Assembly: GCF_000039765.1 (NCBI RefSeq)
Contig: NC_004459.3
Coordinates: 2,661,127 to 2,693,126, forward strand
Direction of reading: 5' to 3'
Source: Vibrio vulnificus CMCP6
GTDB lineage: Bacteria; Pseudomonadota; Gammaproteobacteria; Enterobacterales; Vibrionaceae
Length of the DNA stretch: 32,000 nt
The position numbers were made by a program, and so were the translations under genes. Under the pieces are notes generated by a model, which did not search any database, was not told the DNA's origin, and was given only the letters and a program-made list of their open reading frames with translations. Numbering within the stretch: position 1 is the stretch's first letter; each line of letters starts with the position of its first letter. Below, piece after piece: positions 26,035 to 32,000 of the stretch.

Positions 26035-26508
26035 TTATGCGTTGTTCGCGTGTGAATTAAGCAGCTTTTCTACTTCTGCCATGAAAAATGTTAACCCTTG
26101 TTCATCAATTTCACTAAATCTACCTACACTTGGGCTATCAATATCCAGAACGCCAGCCAATTGCCCATTGATTGAGAATGGGATCACAATTTCTGAGTTG
26201 CTCGCCGCATCGCAGGCAATATGTCCTTCAAACTCGTGCACATCATGCACTCGTTGAACAGTATAAGTTTGCGCTGCCGTTCCGCATACGCCCTTACCCA
26301 TAGGAATTCGCACGCACGCTACTTTTCCCTGAAATGGCCCTAAAACCAACTCGTCTTCTTTATATAAGTAAAATCCAACCCAGTTGAGATCGGACATTCC
26401 CATGTTCAGCAACGCACTAATGTTGGAAAGATTGGCGATTAAGTCACGCTCTGATTCAATAAGTGCGACTGCTTGTTTGGTGAGTGTTTGGTAATGTTCT
26501 ATGGTCAT
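26035..26508 (-). CDS. msrC: GAF-domain free methionine-(R)-sulfoxide reductase (YebR/MsrC family)
   Basis: 157 aa with NWVGFYL...LVLGPFQGKVACVRIPMGKGVCGTAA...HIACDAASNSEIVIP. It occupies the same position as in E. coli, between proQ and yebS. Confidence 0.85.
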   Translation of the reverse strand: MTIEHYQTLTKQAVALIESERDLIANLSNISALLNMGMSDLNWVGFYLYKEDELVLGPFQGKVACVRIPMGKGVCGTAAQTYTVQRVHDVHEFEGHIACDAASNSEIVIPFSINGQLAGVLDIDSPSVGRFSEIDEQGLTFFMAEVEKLLNSHANNA

Positions 26509-26635
26509 ATAAAGCTTCCAATTGTTTATTGCACAGCTGAAGCGTGCATTAATAATTTCCTGAATTTACTTTGGAATAGAATCAACAGCCGCTAGAATGC
26601 TGACTCTAATATAAATAGGACTTATTCTCATTATA

Positions 26636-28435
26636 ATGTTATCGACATCCGACACTATTAGCCGCTCCTGGCTTTTAACACAAGCAAAAAAACACAAATC
26701 TAAGCTTGTGTTTGCGAACCTCATTGCCATTGTTGCCACTTTGGTTAGCGTCCCTATTCCTCTACTCATGCCACTCATGGTTGACGAAGTGTTACTTGAT
26801 CAACCTGGTAAAGGATTAGCAGCCATGAATACCCTATTGCCTCAAGCCTGGCAAACACCGACAGGGTATATCTTCTTGACTTTGTTACTGGTGATTCTGA
26901 TGCGTATCACCAGCCAAGCATTAAACATTTTACAGAGCCGCCAGTTCACCTTGGTCTCAAAAACCATTACTTATCAAATGCGCGCTAAGATGATCGATAA
27001 ACTCGGTCGCATCAGTATTCGTCAATATGAGACTCGAGGTAGCGGAGGCATCAACGCACACCTCATCACAGACATCGAGACCATTGACCAATTCATCGGC
27101 AGCACCTTAGCGAAGTTCGTGATTAGCTTGCTTACCGTCATCGGCACTGCAGGTGTTCTCCTATGGCTGGAATGGCGACTTGGCTTGTTTATCCTCTTAG
27201 TCAACCCTATCGTTATTTACTTCTCTAGAAAACTAGGCAGCAAAGTTAAACATCTCAAAAAGCGTGAAAACCAAGCATTTGAGCAGTTTCAAAATCGCCT
27301 AGTTGAAACCCTTGATGGCATTTATCAATTGAGAGCAGCCAATAAGGAACGAGAGTTTCTCTCTGAGCTCAAACAGCAAGCTGATCAAGTCCGACTCAAC
27401 GCAGACAAATATGCTTGGCAATCCGAAGCCGCGGGTAGAGTCTCCTTTTTGCTCTTTTTACTTGGTTTTGAGCTGTTTCGTGCCGTTGCGATGCTCATGG
27501 TGCTCTTTAGTGATCTCACGATTGGCCAAATTTTTGCTGTTTTTGGTTATCTTTGGTTCATGCTGACTCCGGTTCAAGAACTGCTAGGTATCCAGTTTTC
27601 TTGGTATAGCGCGAAAGCGGCGCTTGCTCGCATCAACGCGCTTTTGGAACTGGAGGAAGAGTATAGACCTGAGTCGAAAGTCAATCCTTTCACTGATGGC
27701 AAAGAAATTGATGTTTCGGTCGAAAATGTCAGCTTCTCTTACAACAGTGAAACCACTGTATTAAATCAGTTGAATTTACGAATCCCAGCGGGAAAGAAAG
27801 TCGCTCTCGTTGGCGCAAGTGGTGGTGGAAAGTCCACATTAATTCAGCTGCTTATTGGTGTCTACCGGCAAGACAGCGGAGTCATTCGTTACAATAATGA
27901 GTCCAGCGATGATATTGGTTTTGAGTTAATTCGTGAAAAAATTGCTGTTGTATTACAACAACCTATACTATTTAATGACAGCCTAAGGCATAATCTGACC
28001 CTTGGTGGCGACTATGACGAAAGCGCGCTGTGGCAAGCGTTGGAAATCGCTCAACTGCAAGACGTTATTTCGCAGTTAACTGCTGGGTTGGATACGCAAG
28101 TGGGCCGAAATGGGATACGTTTATCCGGAGGCCAAAGACAGCGTTTAGCTATTGCTCGCATGGTATTGAGTGATCCTCAATTTGTGATTTTGGATGAAGC
28201 AACCTCAGCGTTAGATACCGCAACCGAAGCGGCGCTCCATAGAGCGCTTAATGAATATTTGAAAGGAAAGACAACGCTTATCGTGGCACACCGATTGTCT
28301 GCGGTAAAACAAGCGGATTTGATCTATGTATTGGAAGATGGACAAGTTACACAAAGCGGGACACATACTGAGCTGGTTGAGCAAGATGGCTTGTATCAAA
28401 CACTTTATGGCAGTGTCCAATCGCATGCCAGCTAG
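26636..28435 (+). CDS. Fused TMD-NBD ABC exporter (type I exporter fold, half-transporter)
   Basis: 599 aa with an N-terminal six-TM region, Walker A GASGGGKST, Q-loop VLQQP, signature LSGGQRQR, Walker B FVILDEATSALD and H-loop IVAHRL. Confidence 0.9.
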   Translation: MLSTSDTISRSWLLTQAKKHKSKLVFANLIAIVATLVSVPIPLLMPLMVDEVLLDQPGKGLAAMNTLLPQAWQTPTGYIFLTLLLVILMRITSQALNILQSRQFTLVSKTITYQMRAKMIDKLGRISIRQYETRGSGGINAHLITDIETIDQFIGSTLAKFVISLLTVIGTAGVLLWLEWRLGLFILLVNPIVIYFSRKLGSKVKHLKKRENQAFEQFQNRLVETLDGIYQLRAANKEREFLSELKQQADQVRLNADKYAWQSEAAGRVSFLLFLLGFELFRAVAMLMVLFSDLTIGQIFAVFGYLWFMLTPVQELLGIQFSWYSAKAALARINALLELEEEYRPESKVNPFTDGKEIDVSVENVSFSYNSETTVLNQLNLRIPAGKKVALVGASGGGKSTLIQLLIGVYRQDSGVIRYNNESSDDIGFELIREKIAVVLQQPILFNDSLRHNLTLGGDYDESALWQALEIAQLQDVISQLTAGLDTQVGRNGIRLSGGQRQRLAIARMVLSDPQFVILDEATSALDTATEAALHRALNEYLKGKTTLIVAHRLSAVKQADLIYVLEDGQVTQSGTHTELVEQDGLYQTLYGSVQSHAS

Positions 28436-28463
28436 TGGCAGCACGTCCTCTATCGCCCATTTT

Positions 28464-28484
28464 GAGAGGTCGCAATGACCTCTC
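28464..28484 (+). promoter_or_regulatory. Stem-loop enclosing the letA SD and start codon
   Basis: GAGAGGTC (28464-28471) pairs perfectly with GACCTCTC (28477-28484) across the loop GCAAT. The letA ATG is at 28475-28477 and the only SD-like sequence (GAGAGG) is the 5' arm. Confidence 0.5.
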
Positions 28485-29737
28485 CTACTACTCATCAGCA
28501 TCAAACCCAAATTGAAAAAGTCCGTTTGTGCCAAGGGTGCGAACTTCCCGTCGATGTGTTGCATGTTGCCAAAGGCCGCAGCGCATATTGCCCAAGGTGT
28601 GGTACCCAGCTCTATCGTGGTGGCAACCCAAGCCTTTCTGGTAACCTCGCCATCGCGATCACCTGCTTGATGCTGTTTATCCCTTCTCACTTTTTTAACT
28701 TTATCAGCATTCGACTTTTCGGCGTTATGATCCCTGCAACACTCCCATCCGGTATGTTGACATTAATGGATGAAGGCTTTGTCGCGCTTTCACTGCTGAT
28801 CATGTTTTGCAGCTCGTTAGCCCCCTTATTAGTGTGCAGTGCCGTAGTAACCGCTCATATGGCGTTGCGTTATCGCTGGTTTCGAGTGCTCAAGTATTCA
28901 CTGGAAATCGTACAAAATCTTAAACACTGGATGATGCTGGATGTCTTCCTCGTCAGCATCGCCATCTCATGTTTTAAACTGCAAGACTATTCCGATATTT
29001 TCGTTGGGCCAGGCTTAATTGGCTTGCTCCTATTGCAACTTTTTAGTGTCTTGCTCATAACTCGCGTCAGTGTCAGGCGATATTGGGAAACATGGCATGC
29101 AGAGAGCCACTACTCGCTCGAAGAAAAGCATGTCCACTGCCACAGCTGTCACATGTCTCAACCCGAAGCAGAGCAATGCATTCGCTGCCATAGCCCTCTA
29201 CACCATCGCAAACCGCACTCGTTACAAAAAACATGGGCCTATTTAATCGCAGCCACTGTCGCGATTTTCCCTGCCAACTTGATCCCTATTTCGATTCTGA
29301 TCACTAATGGGCAACGGCTAGAAGATACGATTTTTTCGGGTGTTGCATCCTTAATTAAAAACGGCATGCATGGCATCGCCGTGATCATTTTTGTCGCCAG
29401 TATTGTGGTGCCCGTCGCTAAGATACTCGGTTTGACTTACATACTTTTGTGCATCCATTTCAAACGTACGATTTACCATCGGCAGAGAATGACCATTTAC
29501 TTCTTTGTTAAATGGATTGGTAAATGGTCTGTGATGGATCTTTTTGTCATCTCGATCATGATGACCTTAGTCGATCGAGGTCAAATTCTCGATTTTACTC
29601 CCGGATATGGAGCGGTCGCATTTGGTATGGTGGTTGTGTTAACCATGTTGGCCGCAGAAAGTATTGATCCCCGATTAATCTGGGACAACTACTCAGATGC
29701 AAATAAAGATGAGTCATTGCATGAGCAAACAAAATAG
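28475..29737 (+). CDS. letA: Inner-membrane lipophilic envelope-spanning tunnel protein LetA (YebS, PqiA family)
   Basis: 420 aa with two PqiA-type repeats. Each repeat is preceded by a Cys4 ribbon (CQGC...CPRCG; CHSC...CIRCH) and multiple TM helices. It is followed by a multi-MCE protein, as in E. coli yebS-yebT. Confidence 0.85.
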   Translation: MTSPTTHQHQTQIEKVRLCQGCELPVDVLHVAKGRSAYCPRCGTQLYRGGNPSLSGNLAIAITCLMLFIPSHFFNFISIRLFGVMIPATLPSGMLTLMDEGFVALSLLIMFCSSLAPLLVCSAVVTAHMALRYRWFRVLKYSLEIVQNLKHWMMLDVFLVSIAISCFKLQDYSDIFVGPGLIGLLLLQLFSVLLITRVSVRRYWETWHAESHYSLEEKHVHCHSCHMSQPEAEQCIRCHSPLHHRKPHSLQKTWAYLIAATVAIFPANLIPISILITNGQRLEDTIFSGVASLIKNGMHGIAVIIFVASIVVPVAKILGLTYILLCIHFKRTIYHRQRMTIYFFVKWIGKWSVMDLFVISIMMTLVDRGQILDFTPGYGAVAFGMVVVLTMLAAESIDPRLIWDNYSDANKDESLHEQTK

Positions 29738-32000
29738 TTCGCAAAAATCTTACACTCCTGATGTGCGAAAGAACAAAGGGATTTCTCCCCTTTGGATTTT
29801 GCCTATCTTAACCATGCTGCTTGCGGGATGGTTGGTCGCGAAGGCGATCCACGATGCAGGGCAACGAGTTCAAATTTACTTTTCTGACGCACAAGGATTG
29901 GTTGCAGGTCGTACAACGATTCGCTATCAAGGCTTAGAAGTTGGCATGGTGCGAGATATTAACCTCTCCAAAGACCTTTCTAATATCTACGTCGATGCCG
30001 ATATTTATCCCGAAGCGACTCAGCTCCTCAACAAAAACACCCGTTTTTGGTTGGTAAAACCAACGGCCAGTCTCTCCGGTATTTCTGGTCTTGATGCTTT
30101 GGTTTCTGGTAACTACATCGCTATTCAACCCGGCAATGACGACGATGAAGCCGAAACCGTGTTTTATGCTCTTGATAGCGCGCCCACCGATATTCTTGCC
30201 GAAAAAGGGCTGACGATCACCTTACGTGCCCGCGATTTGGGTGGCGTCTCGATTGGTTCTAAAATTGTTTACAAGAAGATCCCTATCGGCGAAGTGTACA
30301 GTTACCGCTTAGCGGAAAACGGTAAATCGGTGACCATTCTTGCTCGAATTGACGATGAATATCGCCACATCATTAACCAGCAGAGCCGATTTTGGAACGT
30401 CAGTGGCATTGGGGCCAGCATTGGCTTTGAAGGTGTGGATGTACGTTTGGAAAGCATGAGCGCCTTATTTGGCGGCGCCATCGCGGTCGATTCGCCAGAT
30501 GATGGTGAACCCGTGGAGAAAAATGCTCAGTTTCGTTTGTATCGCGACCTCAAAACCGCTGGCCGTGGGATTTCGGTACAAATCACCCTCCCCGATGGTC
30601 ATAACATTAGCTCTAACGGCGCACCGATTATGTACCGAGGCATTGAAGTAGGTGAAATTACCAATCTTTCGCTTTCAGAAGGGCGTGAGGTGATTATTGC
30701 CAATGCCGCTATTCAACCCGCCTTTAGCGACATGCTGACAACAGGCAGTGATTTTGTATTAGAAGAAGCCAAAGTGTCGCTTTCTGGTGTCGAAAACATC
30801 AGCAATTTGGTTCGCGGTAACTTCCTTACCATCATTCCCGGTGACGGGGAAAAATCTCGCCGCTTTACTGCGATTAAAAAAGAGGAATATTCACAACAAC
30901 AAGCTAAGTCCTTGTCTGTACGTCTCTTGTCCGACAGCTCGTACGGTCTCGATGCGGGTGCGAACATCCTTTACAAAGGGATTGTTGTTGGTTCGGTGAT
31001 CAAAGTCGGCCTGTTGGACGAAAAAACAGCCCGTCAACCTGCCAATGAAGTGTATCTTGATGTCCTCATCGACAAACAATACGCCTATTTAATTCGCGCC
31101 AACAACCGCTTTTTCGTAACGGGCAGTGCAACCGCTGAGCTGACTGAATCTGGCCTGAGTGTCACTGTACCGCCCGCTAAACAGCTACTCACAGGCTCGA
31201 TTAGCTTCGTCAGTGAAGGAAAAAACAACGCAAATCCAACCTATCAGCTGTTCCAAAGTCGCTCACTTGCCGAGTTGGCAAAGTTCAATCAAACAGGCTC
31301 GCAAACATTGACCCTGTTTGCTGCAGAATTACCGCCGATTTCAAAAGGAAGCCCCCTTCTCTACCGTAACCTACCCGTCGGTAGCGTCTCGGACTTCTCC
31401 TTAGCCAACGGTGGCGTCGAAGTCACTATCAGCATCGAGAATCGTTATAAGCATCTCATCAATGATCAAACGGTGTTTTGGAACCGCTCGGGCGTCGAAG
31501 TGGACGCCAGCTTGGCTGGTGTGGCGATCAAAGCCGCTCCGCTTAAAACACTACTACAAGGTGGGATTGCTTTTGACACGGTTGCTGGCATTGAGAACAA
31601 AACTGGGCAGCATTGGAAACTCTATCCGGACCAAAACCAAGCGCGTAAATTTGGTCGAATCATTACACTCAGAACCGATGGAGGCCAATCCCTCAGCAAA
31701 GGAATGGCGATCCAGTATCAAGGGGTCAAGGTAGGAGAAATCACGCTGGTGGCGCCTGATTTCAACAAAGGCATCGTAGAGGCATCAGCAAGAATTCTGC
31801 CAGAATACGTCGCCAATGTTGCTTTGCAAGGTTCGCATTTTTGGTTAGCGGAACCCAAAATTGGCCTAAATGGGGTAAAAAACATCGACGCCCTAATCAG
31901 CAAATACATCCAGGTAGAGCCAGGCAAAGGGAAAGCGGCATTCAGTTTTGAATTAGCCAATAAGCCACCTCATCCAACAGGAACTGTGTTTACACTACAA
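29709..32000 (+). CDS. letB: Multi-MCE-domain tunnel protein LetB (YebT), with its 3' end truncated by the window edge
   Basis: An open frame of 764 codons runs with no stop to the window end; it is absent from the ORF track because no stop is reached. The N-terminus (ISPLWILPILTMLLAGWL...IRYQGLEVGMVRDINLS...TRFWLVKPTASLSGISGLDALVSGNYIAIQPG) matches E. coli LetB closely. At least six MCE repeats are visible. The ATG at 29709 (or the in-frame ATG at 29721) overlaps the letA 3' end. Confidence 0.88.
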   Translation, partial: MSHCMSKQNSSQKSYTPDVRKNKGISPLWILPILTMLLAGWLVAKAIHDAGQRVQIYFSDAQGLVAGRTTIRYQGLEVGMVRDINLSKDLSNIYVDADIYPEATQLLNKNTRFWLVKPTASLSGISGLDALVSGNYIAIQPGNDDDEAETVFYALDSAPTDILAEKGLTITLRARDLGGVSIGSKIVYKKIPIGEVYSYRLAENGKSVTILARIDDEYRHIINQQSRFWNVSGIGASIGFEGVDVRLESMSALFGGAIAVDSPDDGEPVEKNAQFRLYRDLKTAGRGISVQITLPDGHNISSNGAPIMYRGIEVGEITNLSLSEGREVIIANAAIQPAFSDMLTTGSDFVLEEAKVSLSGVENISNLVRGNFLTIIPGDGEKSRRFTAIKKEEYSQQQAKSLSVRLLSDSSYGLDAGANILYKGIVVGSVIKVGLLDEKTARQPANEVYLDVLIDKQYAYLIRANNRFFVTGSATAELTESGLSVTVPPAKQLLTGSISFVSEGKNNANPTYQLFQSRSLAELAKFNQTGSQTLTLFAAELPPISKGSPLLYRNLPVGSVSDFSLANGGVEVTISIENRYKHLINDQTVFWNRSGVEVDASLAGVAIKAAPLKTLLQGGIAFDTVAGIENKTGQHWKLYPDQNQARKFGRIITLRTDGGQSLSKGMAIQYQGVKVGEITLVAPDFNKGIVEASARILPEYVANVALQGSHFWLAEPKIGLNGVKNIDALISKYIQVEPGKGKAAFSFELANKPPHPTGTVFTLQ
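30586..30593 (-). other. KOPS-type octamer (GGGNAGGG) oriented towards dif
   Basis: The plus strand reads CCCTCCCC, i.e. GGGGAGGG on the minus strand, pointing towards 99-126. It is the only match I found on either strand by manual scan. Confidence 0.3.

Noticed and set aside
28211-28690. 159-aa minus-strand ORF spanning the ABC/letA junction.
   Set aside because: It is antisense to two well-supported CDSs and has no SD or promoter-like sequence.
1-32000. A search for an accessory or defence island, prophage, IS element, integron, CRISPR array, toxin-antitoxin pair, tRNA or rRNA.
   Set aside because: I saw no integrase, transposase, repeat array, tRNA-like structure or atypical gene cluster. 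Gene content and order are conserved housekeeping synteny with E. coli. The novelty here lies in sites, motifs and a few inserted genes, not in a mobile system.

Overview
This is a core-genome window from a Vibrio-like (Vibrionaceae) large chromosome, and it begins almost exactly at the replication terminus. A canonical 28-bp dif (XerC/XerD) site lies at 99-126. It is followed by three poorly characterised genes and then by a block syntenic with E. coli. That block runs matP - ycbZ(lon-like) - fabA - rmf - [GlyGly-CTERM exoprotein in place of pqiABC] - uup - [glutaredoxin-like] - rlmL - zapC - pyrD - large NAD-GDH - DUF2835 - pepN - periplasmic protein - prc - proQ - msrC - [ABC exporter] - letA - letB (truncated at the window end). 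Eighteen of 23 genes are on the minus strand, i.e. co-oriented with a fork moving towards dif. I found no rRNA, tRNA, CRISPR array, IS element, integrase or recognisable defence island, so this is not an accessory region. The points I consider worth a second look are listed below.
- The dif site itself.
- An asymmetric matS-like 13-mer (GTGAC-N3-GTAAC) that occurs four times in one orientation; one copy lies about 27 nt upstream of the matP start codon.
- A stand-alone secreted TolA-domain-III-like protein next to dif.
- A pyrD leader with a promoter-proximal hairpin and U-tract.
- A fused ABC exporter placed directly in front of letA-letB, with a hairpin that buries the letA SD and AUG.
- A 430-bp non-coding gap containing an ARG-box-like palindrome.
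All identifications are by eye from the sequence and from remembered family features. No database search was run.
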